IMG/VR virus record: IMGVR_UViG_3300036851_000134
Coordinates: 1-53,450 of that record
Source of the DNA: a virus
Taxonomy: Duplodnaviria; Caudoviricetes
Strand: one strand, 5' to 3'
DNA length: 53,450 bases
Shown here: one piece after another, positions 34,584-45,349 of the stretch
Layout: the number at the start of each line of letters is the position of its first letter
Position numbering within the stretch: position 1 is the first letter of the stretch
Made by a program: the position numbers and the translations under genes
Notes under the pieces: generated by a model
Told to the model about the DNA's origin: nothing
The model's database searches: none
Seen by the model: the letters and a program-made list of their open reading frames with translations, nothing else

Positions 34584-36956
34584 ATGGAAGTGCCTCCTGT
34601 AACAGCAAAAACTCTCAATGCCGCCATGACCGAGCTTGCGTCTTTGGATGCCAGCGGGCGACCGCCGCGGACGCGAATCGATTCAGCTATGCAGGTGCGC
34701 GATATGTACGCTCGCGCGCGTCGGCACAACGCGCTTCGGTCCCAGCGCAATTCACTCGTCAAAGGGCTTGTGGACGGCAACCCGCCGTACGACCAGGGCG
34801 CGATCAATCGCAGTGGTCAACGGTATCGGAGCAACTTCAACAATGGCGAAGCGGAAGCGTTCCTGAATGTTGCGCTCACGGCATTTTATGATTTGTTCAG
34901 CGAAGTTGAAACGCACGCGACTGTCGAGGTGGACGATTACAACAACCCGGATGCGCACAAATGGAGTGAATGTCTGACTCGCAATTTCGAATGGTTACAG
35001 CGGCAGGACGAAGATTTCGATTTCAACATTCAACTTTCGCAGCATGACATGGTTTTGTACGGTGCCGGGCCGCATCTGTTTGAAGATCCTTTGGATTGGA
35101 GAAGTCGCCCGGTGCGTTTCGAGGACATGCTGTTGCCGCGTTGGTCGGAGTCCAATGTGACCCGGTGGGAATGGGTCATTTTCTTTTATCAATATACAGT
35201 CAGCCAGCTTTACGAATTCATCAGTGACGAAGACGCGGCGCGCATGGCTGGTTGGGACGTGGCTGCGGTAAAGCGCAGCATCATGCTGTGCAGCGATCAG
35301 ATCGGAGCGGACCCGCTCGGTCGCAACTGGCAGAAGTGGGAAACATGGCAGCAAGCATTGCGCAATAACGATCTTTGGTTGTCTGATCGCGTGCGAATGG
35401 TGAGAACGATCCGGATGCTTTACAAGGAATTCGCCAAGGACGGCGCGCCATCGACGGTGAGTGAGGTGTGGGCGGACGAGAATGATACGGCCAACGACAC
35501 GTTTTTGTTTCAGAAAGAGAACGCATTCGAGAACATGAAACAGGCGTGTTGCCCGTTCTTTTACGATCGCGGCGACGGCACGGCGCATTCCGTTCGCGGT
35601 CTGGGCGTGAAGATGTACAAACTGCTTGTGGCGAAAATGCGATTGCAAAACGGCATGGTGGATTCGGCTTTTGCCCGCGGTTCCGTGATGCTTAAGTCAT
35701 TGGGTGGCGGTGTAGGTGCGCAACAGCTTTCCATGACGCACCTCGGGCCATATACCGTGATGCCTGCCGGGTTTGATTACGTTGCGAATGTGGCGGTGCC
35801 AGGTGTGTTGGACGCGTTCAAGGTTGCTTCTTTGGACATGGACAACACGTTGACGGCGAATTTGTCGCAGTATCGGTCGCGAGTTGAGTCTGCGCAGGCC
35901 AAGCAAGGTAACCCGCGCACAGCTTACGAGGTCAATCAGGACGTTCAACAGCAGAGCGCACTGACCAAAACCCAGATCGCGCGATACTACGAGCAGTTGG
36001 ATGATTGGTATTCGGAACGGTTCCGGCGCGCGTTGAGCAGCGAGATTCCAGGCAGCACAACCAACAAATGGCTCAAGCTCGCCTTGGACTTTCAGAAGCG
36101 TTGCAAGGAAGATAGCGTGCCGCTTGAAAAGGTGCGCGACAAATGTCATGTGCGCGCGACTCGCGCGAGCGGTCAAGGATCGAGTTTCGTTCGGATTCAG
36201 GCGCTCAACATGATCCTGAACACGGTATGGCCGACGTTGCCGGAGGAAGGCAAACAAGCGGTGGTTCGCGATCTGGTTGCGGCTGCGGTCGGGCGCGAGC
36301 ACGTCAATCGGTATGCGGGCGGTTACGACAATTACATGTCGCCGACGGAAGCCGAGAATCGTTGGGAGGCGCAACAGGAAAACAACGACTTCGCGCAAGG
36401 CGGCAATTCGCTTGTGACAGGTCAACAGAATGATCTGTGGCATCTGGATGAGCATTTCGGGTTCTTGAATGCGGCGGCGGGAACGTTGCGGGAAGGCGGC
36501 GATCCGATGAAAGTCTGGACGACATTGGACACCGGCGGGAAGCATGTTGTTCAACATTTGCAACGGATGGCGCAAGATCCGAAGCGCAAACAGCAGGTGC
36601 AATTTTTCATGCTGCAATTCAAGCAACTCAGCGCCGTGACGGATGAACTTGGCAAGCAGATTCAGCAAGCTCAGGAACAACAGGCGCAAGCGCAACAACA
36701 GGCGATGATGCAGGATCGCGAGATGCAAACGGCGGTGATGAAACTTCAGTTGCAAGCGCAGAAAGATCAGGCAAACCTCGCGCTCAAGAGAGAGAAACAG
36801 GATGAAACGTTGCGGTTAAAAGCCGAAAACCAACAGTTCAACCAGGCGATCACGGACGCCAAGACCGCGCACGAAATTCAGACCGGCACAGTGAAAACGG
36901 CTGTGGCAGTGCAAACGCAACGGCAAAAAGCCGCGGCAAAACCGACTGCAAAATAA
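34584..36956 (+). CDS. Portal protein
   Basis: 790 aa after terL; RTA.EV motif and Gln-rich coiled-coil C-terminus of P22-like portals. Confidence 0.8.
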   Translation: MEVPPVTAKTLNAAMTELASLDASGRPPRTRIDSAMQVRDMYARARRHNALRSQRNSLVKGLVDGNPPYDQGAINRSGQRYRSNFNNGEAEAFLNVALTAFYDLFSEVETHATVEVDDYNNPDAHKWSECLTRNFEWLQRQDEDFDFNIQLSQHDMVLYGAGPHLFEDPLDWRSRPVRFEDMLLPRWSESNVTRWEWVIFFYQYTVSQLYEFISDEDAARMAGWDVAAVKRSIMLCSDQIGADPLGRNWQKWETWQQALRNNDLWLSDRVRMVRTIRMLYKEFAKDGAPSTVSEVWADENDTANDTFLFQKENAFENMKQACCPFFYDRGDGTAHSVRGLGVKMYKLLVAKMRLQNGMVDSAFARGSVMLKSLGGGVGAQQLSMTHLGPYTVMPAGFDYVANVAVPGVLDAFKVASLDMDNTLTANLSQYRSRVESAQAKQGNPRTAYEVNQDVQQQSALTKTQIARYYEQLDDWYSERFRRALSSEIPGSTTNKWLKLALDFQKRCKEDSVPLEKVRDKCHVRATRASGQGSSFVRIQALNMILNTVWPTLPEEGKQAVVRDLVAAAVGREHVNRYAGGYDNYMSPTEAENRWEAQQENNDFAQGGNSLVTGQQNDLWHLDEHFGFLNAAAGTLREGGDPMKVWTTLDTGGKHVVQHLQRMAQDPKRKQQVQFFMLQFKQLSAVTDELGKQIQQAQEQQAQAQQQAMMQDREMQTAVMKLQLQAQKDQANLALKREKQDETLRLKAENQQFNQAITDAKTAHEIQTGTVKTAVAVQTQRQKAAAKPTAK

Positions 36957-37001
36957 TTGCTTGACGTTTTGACGGCGGAAGCGTAAACCGTCAGGCAAGC
37001 T

Positions 37002-37250
37002 ATGAGCGACCGCCTACTACCGCTCGCAGACGTTCTTGGACTCAAGAAAGCCTGCCCAACCACCAAACAAGCCGAGCGCATCATGGAACGGTGCGCCCGG
37101 CTGCACTGGAAGAAACAATCGGCCAAGGTCCGGGAACTGCCGTATCTGGCGTTCAAGGTCGGGTTTTTCATCGGGACAGTTCAAGGTCCGCAGAATTACA
37201 CCGCTGAACTCGCCAAGGAATGGGCGAAACGAAAGGAACCGCCGTTGTGA
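37002..37250 (+). CDS. Hypothetical protein
   Basis: Follows a TTGACG-N17-TAAACC promoter-like sequence at 36961-36989. Confidence 0.5.
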   Translation: MSDRLLPLADVLGLKKACPTTKQAERIMERCARLHWKKQSAKVRELPYLAFKVGFFIGTVQGPQNYTAELAKEWAKRKEPPL

Positions 37251-37410
37251 GTGACGCACGCATGGCTGATACTTACCTTCTGTTGTTTTTAGTGTTCGGT
37301 GGTATTGCGGCGTATCGTACAGCTGGATTGAACGTGCTGTTTGTGTTTTTGGCATTGAACTGTTTATTGACGGCGATTTGTGCTGTGCGGCGCTGTGAGG
37401 AACGCAAAAA

Positions 37411-38187
37411 ATGATCCCGGCGCAAATTCACACAACGTTCGGGCTCGTGCCGGATTTCGGCGGCAAACCGTTTTCATTCATTCATTACGCGTGTGTGCTC
37501 AGTTGGGTGCGCGTGTTAAAGATGCCAGTGACGATTTACTCGGAGTTTTTTCCTGGGGAATCGGATAATTCGAATAAATGGTGGAACCTTACGTTACAGT
37601 TGCCAGGTGTTCATGCGTATTACGCCGGGATGCCGTTGTCGTTCAAACCTAAAATGACTCATTCAGCGCATCGTTCGGATTGGATGAGATTGCGTTGGTG
37701 CCTTGAACACGGTGGTATCGGTTTGGACATTGACGTTTTCGCGTTGCGCCCGTTGCTTTTTCCTCCGGCGGTAACTCCGATGCTTGGCCGCATCAACGGC
37801 GATTACGGTCTTTGCAATGCGGTCATGATCGCGTCCAAGGGCGATGAATTCATCAAACGTTGGGGGGAAGCATATTCATCGTTTAACCCTGCTGAATGGG
37901 ATGCTCATTCCGTCAGGCTCCCTGGGCAAATGGCCAAGTGGTGGCCGCATCTTGTGACCGTTCTGCCTGAGCACTACTTTTTTGAGCACGGTTGGGGTGA
38001 CGTTGGTCAGAAAGCGTTGTTTGAGGATGCAGAGCGCGAGCCGCATCCGGAGGCGATGCTGGCGCATCTGTGGCAGACTGCGACGTGGCCAACGCGCTTG
38101 GAACATCTGACTCCGGAAACCGTGCGGCAAGAGAAGGGGTTTGTGCAACGGCGCATCGTTAAACTCATCGAAGCGGAGGGATTATGA
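37411..38187 (+). CDS. Glycosyltransferase, GT32/DxD type
   Basis: MIP..IH, H.SD..RL..L..HGGI.LDIDV..LRP and CNAVM motifs. Confidence 0.85.
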   Translation: MIPAQIHTTFGLVPDFGGKPFSFIHYACVLSWVRVLKMPVTIYSEFFPGESDNSNKWWNLTLQLPGVHAYYAGMPLSFKPKMTHSAHRSDWMRLRWCLEHGGIGLDIDVFALRPLLFPPAVTPMLGRINGDYGLCNAVMIASKGDEFIKRWGEAYSSFNPAEWDAHSVRLPGQMAKWWPHLVTVLPEHYFFEHGWGDVGQKALFEDAEREPHPEAMLAHLWQTATWPTRLEHLTPETVRQEKGFVQRRIVKLIEAEGL

Positions 38188-38290
38188 GCTATACCGACGC
38201 TATCGCAATTTCATTGATTCAGTTTGTCGTGTGGACTACGGCTGCAATTTTAGGCGGGATAACTGGTTACTGGTTGGCGAATCGCAAGAA

Positions 38291-38899
38291 ATGATCGATC
38301 GCACTTTCATTCTCACGCTCAAACGCGATACAGCGCGGTTGAACGCTACGCAATCGCACTTGCAAGAGCGCGGCATTGCGGCTGAACCGTTTTACGGCTT
38401 GGATCATCAGATCACCGGACTTTGGACGCGGCATTCGTATGAGGTTGACGTTGCCGGAAGCGGCTACAATCCGGGACCGAAACCGGCGAACTTGCACATG
38501 AGCCATTTCATACTGTGGAAGGCTATTGAGCTTTTGGGACAGTTTGAAACGTTCATGATCCTTGAGGATGACGTGCGATTTTCTTTGGAATGGCTGGCGC
38601 ACATCGAGCACGCCATGACGAACATGGATTCAGACTGGGACATTTTGTATCCCGGCTCGTGTTGTTGTATGGGACACGGCGAGAAACGGATCAGCGACCG
38701 GTTGTATTCCGTGTCCTACGCTCTTTGCACGCACTGCTACATTATCCGGCGCAAAGTGCTTCCGGTGTTGATTGAGAAATGCGAGCGCGTCTGGGGCAAA
38801 CTCGACATTGCAATGGCGCTGCATGTGTTGCCGCTTGTGAAGGCGTATGCGGTTTTGCCGCGTGTTGCGTGGCAAATGAACACACAAATTCCTCCATAA
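38291..38899 (+). CDS. Glycosyltransferase family 25
   Basis: L.R...R, SH..LW, ILEDDV and THCYII motifs. Confidence 0.85.
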   Translation: MIDRTFILTLKRDTARLNATQSHLQERGIAAEPFYGLDHQITGLWTRHSYEVDVAGSGYNPGPKPANLHMSHFILWKAIELLGQFETFMILEDDVRFSLEWLAHIEHAMTNMDSDWDILYPGSCCCMGHGEKRISDRLYSVSYALCTHCYIIRRKVLPVLIEKCERVWGKLDIAMALHVLPLVKAYAVLPRVAWQMNTQIPP

Positions 38900-38901
38900 A
38901 A

Positions 38902-39480
38902 ATGAAAGTTCTTGTTGGATGCGAATTTTCGGGAATTGTGAGGGATGCCTTTTTGCGTTTAGGTCACGACGCTTGGAGCTGCGATTTGCTTCCTTGTGAA
39001 TCCGGAGGGCCACACATTCAAGGCGACGTTCGGGATGTGCTGGCTGACGTTTGGGAATTTGCAATTTTTCATCCGCCTTGTACGCATTTGGCTGTCAGTG
39101 GTGCGCGTTGGTTCAAGAACAAAGTGCGCGAACAAGCCGAAGCTTTGGATTTCGTGCGTTTACTGCTCGACGCACCAATCTCACATATCGCCCTCGAAAA
39201 CCCGGTCAGTGTTATTTCGTCTAAAATCCGAAAGCCCGACCAGGTGATTCAGCCATGGATGTTTGGGCACGGCGAACAAAAGGCAACGTGCCTCTGGCTT
39301 AAAAATCTCCCGCGTCTCACGCCGAGCAGCATCGTGGAGGGCAGGGAGCAACGAATTTGGAAAATGCCTCCAAGTGCTGACAGGTGGAAAGAACGTTCTC
39401 GAACTCTGCCGGGTGTGGCTACTGCGATGGCAAACCAGTGGACGTTCGCAATGCGTCCAAACACGCAAATTCCGTCATGA
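38902..39480 (+). CDS. Phage C5-cytosine methyltransferase-like protein
   Basis: MKVLV.CE.SG.VRDAF...GHDAWSCD, HPPCT, ALENP, QPW.FGH, KATCLWL motifs. Confidence 0.85.
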   Translation: MKVLVGCEFSGIVRDAFLRLGHDAWSCDLLPCESGGPHIQGDVRDVLADVWEFAIFHPPCTHLAVSGARWFKNKVREQAEALDFVRLLLDAPISHIALENPVSVISSKIRKPDQVIQPWMFGHGEQKATCLWLKNLPRLTPSSIVEGREQRIWKMPPSADRWKERSRTLPGVATAMANQWTFAMRPNTQIPS

Positions 39481-39662
39481 AATTTGAACGTTTTGAATCG
39501 CCGTATCCGGTTTTTCAGCATGTGCGAACTGGTCGCACGGTTCATGTGCGTCCGTCGCCGATGCACGCGGGTTGGTGGTTACTCGCGCCAAACCCGGGAT
39601 TTACGGTTTACCAGAAGGTGCGAACTCGCGTGTTGCGCAAGGATTGGAGGCGGATCAAATGA
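39477..39662 (+). CDS. Hypothetical protein (61 aa)
   Basis: ATGA coupling on both sides. Confidence 0.5.
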   Translation: MKFERFESPYPVFQHVRTGRTVHVRPSPMHAGWWLLAPNPGFTVYQKVRTRVLRKDWRRIK

Positions 39663-40249
39663 CGAAGGTTGACGGATACCAATCGTTACCGGGTTGGTTC
39701 GATTTTCACGATCTTTATCAGCGTGCTGTGGATGAACATTGCTCCGGTGCGCCCGGCGTGTTCATCGAGATCGGGACGTGCTTCGGTAAGTCGGCGTGTT
39801 TCATGGGTGAACGCATCGTTGCGAGCGGTAAGCAGATCTCGTTCTTTACCGTGGACACGTTCGATTTTGACACCGTTGAAGCGTCGATTCGCGAGGTTGC
39901 GTTGAGTCAGATTGCCCAAGGTAACGGCAACACGTTTGAAGGTGTGGCGCGGCATTTCATCGAGGCGTGCGGGTTGAAAGATGTCGTTCATCTGCTCGTT
40001 GAGTCATCTGTTGAAGCGGCGTCTCGGCATCAGGAGAAATCGGTTGATTTCGTGTTCATCGATGGCGCGCATGATTACGATTCTGTGAGAGCGGACATTT
40101 CCGCGTGGTGGCCGCGGTTGCGCCAGAATCGTTGGATGGGCGGTCACGATTTCGGTATGGAAAGCGTGCGATTGGCTGTGCAAGACGCCTTTGCCGGTCA
40201 TCATGTGATGCAGGAAGGCGGATGCTGGACGGTGTTCAAACATGCCTGA
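39659..40249 (+). CDS. Class I SAM methyltransferase (Methyltransf_24-like)
   Basis: IEIG...GKS, VDTF, FVFIDGAHDY..V..D...W and GHD. Confidence 0.88.
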   Translation: MTKVDGYQSLPGWFDFHDLYQRAVDEHCSGAPGVFIEIGTCFGKSACFMGERIVASGKQISFFTVDTFDFDTVEASIREVALSQIAQGNGNTFEGVARHFIEACGLKDVVHLLVESSVEAASRHQEKSVDFVFIDGAHDYDSVRADISAWWPRLRQNRWMGGHDFGMESVRLAVQDAFAGHHVMQEGGCWTVFKHA

Positions 40250-40817
40250 TCTTGCTCCAATATTCGCGCAGCATTACGCTACGGATTGGCAGGGTTGCTC
40301 AGGCCCGGGCAGCAAACCAGAGAATGCGTGGCCGTATTTGGATTGGTTGAAACGGTTTGCGGTTCGGCAACCTTACGTCACGCGGTGGGTTGATGTTGGG
40401 TGCGGCGATCTTGGTATTTACCACGGTAAACCGCTCAATTGGTTTCATGTGCCATCGAATTACACCGCGATTGATTTGGTAGACGTGACGCCGCCGGGTG
40501 CAAAGCGCATGATCAACTTCGTGCAGGGTGACGTGCGCGAGATCAAACCGGAGGCGGACATTGCGATTGTTAAAGATGTGATCCAACATCTGAGCCACAA
40601 AACCGCGTTGGAACTGATCGAAGCGTTGAAAGGGTGCAAGACGCTCGTGTTGGTGAATGACTGGGACAACCGCGCGCCGATGAACAACATTGGGATCCAG
40701 GACGGCCAATGGTCTATGATCGATCCGGCGAGTGCGCCGTTCAACTTGCCCGGTAACTGTGAGATCGTTTATCGTAGTGTGCCATTCTACAAGATGGTTT
40801 ACGTTGTGACACGATGA
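40242..40817 (+). CDS. Class I SAM methyltransferase
   Basis: SGPGS, VDVGCGD and KDV.QHL. Confidence 0.8.
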   Translation: MPDLAPIFAQHYATDWQGCSGPGSKPENAWPYLDWLKRFAVRQPYVTRWVDVGCGDLGIYHGKPLNWFHVPSNYTAIDLVDVTPPGAKRMINFVQGDVREIKPEADIAIVKDVIQHLSHKTALELIEALKGCKTLVLVNDWDNRAPMNNIGIQDGQWSMIDPASAPFNLPGNCEIVYRSVPFYKMVYVVTR

Positions 40818-41396
40818 CTGCCAATCAAAAACGGGAGTTTATTAGGACGCTTCACAATGAAACCGCGGAAAGGTTGGAATCAGCCAGGAAAAACAAAGTC
40901 ATCTTGGATGCGACCGATCATAACCAGTTGATTTGGTGTGTTGCTGAGGAAGTGACGCTTCGTAACGTCTTAGCGATACTGGAGAAGCCTGAATGAACAC
41001 GCGCATGTTTCTGAACCGAATTTTTACCGGCATTTTGGCGGTCATCGGGATTCTGCATTGGAGATTGATCAAGGCCGGGATTCGGTTGGGCTTCGTGGCG
41101 CAAGTGCCGAACCCAAACTGTGTTTGGTTGCAAAAAGTATCTGGTGTGTGGTTCGTTAGGATCAGAGGTGAATGGACATTGCTGGATATGGACCGGACGC
41201 CGCCATCAGCCGGGTACGGTACGGAGTTTGATGATATAGAAGGAAAATGGGTTCGTAACAGACGATGACTTTTCCCGCTCCAATCGGTTTCGTGAAAAGC
41301 GTTTCAAAGACGTTGAGTGAAATGCTATTTGCGCTGCTAAACCTCCGATTCGCCCGGCGCTTGTGCGTCCAGGGGTGAGAGCGGGATTATTTAACT

Positions 41397-42401
41397 ATGC
41401 CTGAAGTCGTAACAGAAAAGGTGCCGCCTACGAAATTGACAGTCGTTTACCAAACGTGCCGTCGCGAGCCGATGGCGCAATGGTTCTTTGATTCGTTGAA
41501 TCGCGAGTGCGGCGGCGACTACTCAAACATTAAGATTGTTGTCGTCGATTTCTGGTGTCAATACGAACCCGAACGTACCCAGAGCTATTACGCGAAATTC
41601 TGGTATTCTGTGCCGGTGATTGTTCCGCCGATGGGCAATGTGTGGCAGGGCAAAGAGCGATTGACCAAGGACGAGTATTTCGCCGCGGCGAACTCCCGGA
41701 ACACAGGGATTTGCCATGCGCTCGACGGTTACATTGCGTTTGTGGACGACATATCTGTTCTGATGCCGGGTTGGTTGAATCAGATTCATGAAGCGATGGC
41801 TGGCCATTGGATTGCGTGCGGTGCGTATCGGAAGGTAAACAAGCTCGTGGTTGAAAACGGCGAAGTCAAATCGTTAGAGAATCATCCGAGCGGTTGGGAT
41901 TGTCGTTGGCGCGGTGGTATCCCGATGACACCGCAACCGTGCGGCGGCGGCGATATGTTCGGTTGTTCGATTGCGGCTCCGGTGGAAGCGTTCCTTGGAA
42001 TCAACGGATTCGACACCGACGTGGATTCAATGAGCGGTGAGGACTACATTGCGGGCATCATGTTGGCGCAAGCCGGGTGGCATCTGAAATATTGCCGGAA
42101 GATGCTGACCTTCGAGAGCGAGGAACTGCATCACGTTGAACCGCCGTTGCGACGTATCATCAAAAAACATGTGCCCGGCAGAAGCAATTTTGGCGAAAAA
42201 GACGCAAGTCACGCGATCTTGAACATGGTCCGCGGCGGACGGCGAACGGCTCCGAACTATTACGGTCCTGGTGGATTGCGCGCCGTTCGTGAGCGTGTGC
42301 TTGCTGGCGAACCGATGCCTGTTTTGCGGGTGCCGGACAGAGATTGGCGCGACGGTCAGTCTTTGGTTGGGATGGGTAAAGATAACGATGGTTGTCCATG
42401 A
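41397..42401 (+). CDS. GT-A fold (GT2-like) glycosyltransferase
   Basis: IVVVD, RNTG, IAFVDD, INGFD and GED motifs. Confidence 0.8.
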   Translation: MPEVVTEKVPPTKLTVVYQTCRREPMAQWFFDSLNRECGGDYSNIKIVVVDFWCQYEPERTQSYYAKFWYSVPVIVPPMGNVWQGKERLTKDEYFAAANSRNTGICHALDGYIAFVDDISVLMPGWLNQIHEAMAGHWIACGAYRKVNKLVVENGEVKSLENHPSGWDCRWRGGIPMTPQPCGGGDMFGCSIAAPVEAFLGINGFDTDVDSMSGEDYIAGIMLAQAGWHLKYCRKMLTFESEELHHVEPPLRRIIKKHVPGRSNFGEKDASHAILNMVRGGRRTAPNYYGPGGLRAVRERVLAGEPMPVLRVPDRDWRDGQSLVGMGKDNDGCP

Positions 42402-42678
42402 AAAAGTTAATCGAAGAGATACTGAGTTCAAACATTGCAACGCAAGTTGTCATTGTGATTACTTCCATACTGATCGCAACTTTCGTTTTGGTTGTGATTC
42501 GGTTATTTGCGAAAATGTGGGGATGAAATGAGCTTCGATAAATCCAAAGGGCGCGTCATCATTTACTGTGACGATTGCAAAGGACCAATCTACGGTTCTG
42601 CGCATGTTCGCGGTGGCAAGGTGCGCTGTGAAACGTGTCTCGTGCGCGCGTTGAACCGTAAGAAAAGCGAGCAAGACG

Positions 42679-43257
42679 ATGGCTAAAGTTGCGCTCATAC
42701 TTTGCGGCGGATCGCAGACTCGCTGGGGCAACGATACGCCCAAACAGCTCATGCCTGTGCTGGGCGAAACGTTGGTTGAACGTGTGTCGCGTCAGGTGCG
42801 CGCGATCGGGTTCACGCCGTTGATCGTTGGGCCGAAGGACGTGTTTGGTTCGCACGGTAGTTGTTTGCCGCATGGGAAAACGATTACCGATAGCATTGAC
42901 GTTTCGCGCAGGTTTTTCGAGGATTGCACGGTTGTGTTGTGCGGCGACGTGGTTTGGGGCGACGGTGCAATTGGCCATTTGGCAAATGACGGTGCGCAAC
43001 GATCGGTTCTTGGTTCGGTGTTTACGGCTGAAATATTCGGGATGTGCTGGAACCATTGCATGGGTCCCGACAAAGGCCAGCTTGAACACGCCGCACGGCA
43101 TGGCGGTCGGTTGTGGCATCTTTACCGGCTGATGATCAATCAACCGATCGATAAGCATGTTTGCGACTTGTCGCTTTGGACGGAGATCAACGACGGGTTC
43201 ACTCAGGATTTCGATCATCAAAACCAATACCAAGAATGGACAGCGAAACATCAATGA
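42679..43257 (+). CDS. Sugar nucleotidyltransferase (NTP transferase fold)
   Basis: ILCGG..TRW....PKQL..V.GE.L, GDV and DFD motifs. Confidence 0.8.
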   Translation: MAKVALILCGGSQTRWGNDTPKQLMPVLGETLVERVSRQVRAIGFTPLIVGPKDVFGSHGSCLPHGKTITDSIDVSRRFFEDCTVVLCGDVVWGDGAIGHLANDGAQRSVLGSVFTAEIFGMCWNHCMGPDKGQLEHAARHGGRLWHLYRLMINQPIDKHVCDLSLWTEINDGFTQDFDHQNQYQEWTAKHQ

Positions 43258-43850
43258 TTCTTTGTTCGTGCGTGCTTCCAACCCGAGGTAATCCGGAGGG
43301 TGTAGCGCGATTGTACTATTCGTTTTTGTCTCTGTTTGATTTGGGCAGGATCGAGCTGATTTTACGGATTGATGACGATGACGTTGATGGATACAAACCG
43401 TTGCTGGAGCAATATCCGGAGATAAGGGTTATACCCGGCCCTCGCGAGTCCGGGTATGAGTCATTGAATCATTTTTATGAAGCTCTCGCGCGCGCGTCTC
43501 TTGGCAAATGGATTTGGTTTCTGGACGATGACGTGTATTTTGAGGGTCCAAATGTTACAGAGGTTCTTGAGCGAGTTCCTACTGATGGGACATTTATCCG
43601 GCCACAGCATTATCAGTTGAATGAGTCCATGTATCAGAATTGCGCTTATGGCCCGTTCCCGATGGTTCCAAATAAGTTTTGGGAACAGTTTTCAGACTTC
43701 AATTTCCCGCAACCGATTGACGATCACATTCACAGTTTTTTAATGAGCAAGGGATGGGTAATCCGGTATCTTCCAAACGTGACAGCGGTTCACGATCGGT
43801 CTCGGGACAAGTTTCCGCTTCCTCGGCCAGCGTGTAATGAAAGACATTAA
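43254..43850 (+). CDS. GT2-like glycosyltransferase
   Basis: LPTRG, E...RIDDDD, WFLDDD and H.R motifs. Confidence 0.8.
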   Translation: MILCSCVLPTRGNPEGVARLYYSFLSLFDLGRIELILRIDDDDVDGYKPLLEQYPEIRVIPGPRESGYESLNHFYEALARASLGKWIWFLDDDVYFEGPNVTEVLERVPTDGTFIRPQHYQLNESMYQNCAYGPFPMVPNKFWEQFSDFNFPQPIDDHIHSFLMSKGWVIRYLPNVTAVHDRSRDKFPLPRPACNERH

Positions 43851-44667
43851 ACAAGTCGAAAAGTTCTGGAACGAGCATCCGTGCAATGTCCGGCATCGGT
43901 CGCCTTCTGATTGGACGTGGACAGAAGAGTCTTTCAGGATGGTTACGATGAGGAAATATTTCGTTGAACCGCACATTTTGAGATTTGCAGATCACAAGCG
44001 GTGGAAAGGCAAAACTGTGCTTGAGATCGGATGCGGGATTGGAACTGATGCGGAACAATTCGCTTTGGCTGGAGCAGAGGTAACGGCATTGGATTTGTCA
44101 CGGAAAAGCCTTGAAATTTGTTTGGAACGATTTCGAATCAACAGACAGAATGGATTGTTTTACAGAGGTAATATCGAGGATACCGATGTTGTTCCGGTTC
44201 AATTTTATGATTTGGTGTATGCGTTTGGCGTGTTGCATCACACACCTGATCCGGTTCGCTCGATTGAGAACATCAAGCGTTACATGGGGCCGCATTCTGA
44301 GTTGCGCATTATGCTTTACAGCAAGTGGTCGTGGAAAAGCATTGCGATCGGGTTGCGTCATTGTTGGTGGTGTCCGTGGCATTGGCGGAAGGCAGTTGAG
44401 AATTACTCGGAAGCGGCGACTGGTTGTCCGGTAACTCATCTTCATTCGTTCGCTGATATTCGGTTGTTGCTGAAAGATTTTGAGATTGTTCGAATGTGGA
44501 AGGATCACATTTTCCCGTATTCGATCGATCATTACCGGCAATACGAGTATCTGAAGGTGTGGTATTTCAGGTGGTGTCCACGCTGGCTTTTCAAGAAACT
44601 GGAAAGTGTTCTTGGCTGGCACACACTGGTAATTGCGAAACTGAAAGAAAACCATGTTGCTCACTGA
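43837..44667 (+). CDS. Class I SAM methyltransferase
   Basis: VLEIGCGIGTD, DLS and YDLVYAFGVLHHTPD. Confidence 0.9.
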   Translation: MKDIKQVEKFWNEHPCNVRHRSPSDWTWTEESFRMVTMRKYFVEPHILRFADHKRWKGKTVLEIGCGIGTDAEQFALAGAEVTALDLSRKSLEICLERFRINRQNGLFYRGNIEDTDVVPVQFYDLVYAFGVLHHTPDPVRSIENIKRYMGPHSELRIMLYSKWSWKSIAIGLRHCWWCPWHWRKAVENYSEAATGCPVTHLHSFADIRLLLKDFEIVRMWKDHIFPYSIDHYRQYEYLKVWYFRWCPRWLFKKLESVLGWHTLVIAKLKENHVAH

Positions 44668-45349
44668 ACGATTCAAGCTGGAGATTCAATCGCACGTTCT
44701 GGCGTTGCAAGGATGGTGTACGCCGGAGAAAGCGTGGCGGTTGGCGGAACTGATCCTGGACAATCGGTTGCAATGGGCTGTGGAGGTTGGAATTTTCGGT
44801 GGGCGCTCGATCATTCCTATGGCTCTTGCGATGCGCGAACAGAATTACGGCAGGGTTTACGGGCTTGATCCGTGGGACGTTGCGCACGCCACCGAAGGCG
44901 AGAATGGCGATGAACAAACTAAATGGTGGACGACGCAGGTGGACCTTAAATCTATCCGAACCGGGTTCGAGGCGCATGTGTTGCGTCACGGATTGCTCGA
45001 ATGGTTGCATTGGTTCCCGGTTGGCAGCATTGAAGGCGAGGGATTGTTTCAGGACGGTTGGGCGAACTTGGTCCATGTGGATTCCAATCATTCGGAATTG
45101 ACCAGTTGCAGGGACATTCGGCTTTGGTCACGGAAACTTGCTCCAGACGGGTTCCTTGTGTTTGACGATTTGGATTGGCCGTCGCAACAGCGAGCGATTG
45201 CCATTCTCAAGTCTGAACTGGGTTTCGAGTTGATTGAAGATTACGGGTCATGGGGCGTGTTCCGCAGGCCATCGCGCCGTCCGGACCCGATTGTTTATGC
45301 CGCTACCAACGAAATTATTGGCGTTCAAACGCCTGATCAAAGCGTATGA
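44654..45349 (+). CDS. Class I SAM methyltransferase (Methyltransf_24-like)
   Basis: GWC..EKA, VEVGIFGGRS, DPW, HVD.NH and VFDD..W. Confidence 0.85.
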   Translation: MLLTERFKLEIQSHVLALQGWCTPEKAWRLAELILDNRLQWAVEVGIFGGRSIIPMALAMREQNYGRVYGLDPWDVAHATEGENGDEQTKWWTTQVDLKSIRTGFEAHVLRHGLLEWLHWFPVGSIEGEGLFQDGWANLVHVDSNHSELTSCRDIRLWSRKLAPDGFLVFDDLDWPSQQRAIAILKSELGFELIEDYGSWGVFRRPSRRPDPIVYAATNEIIGVQTPDQSV

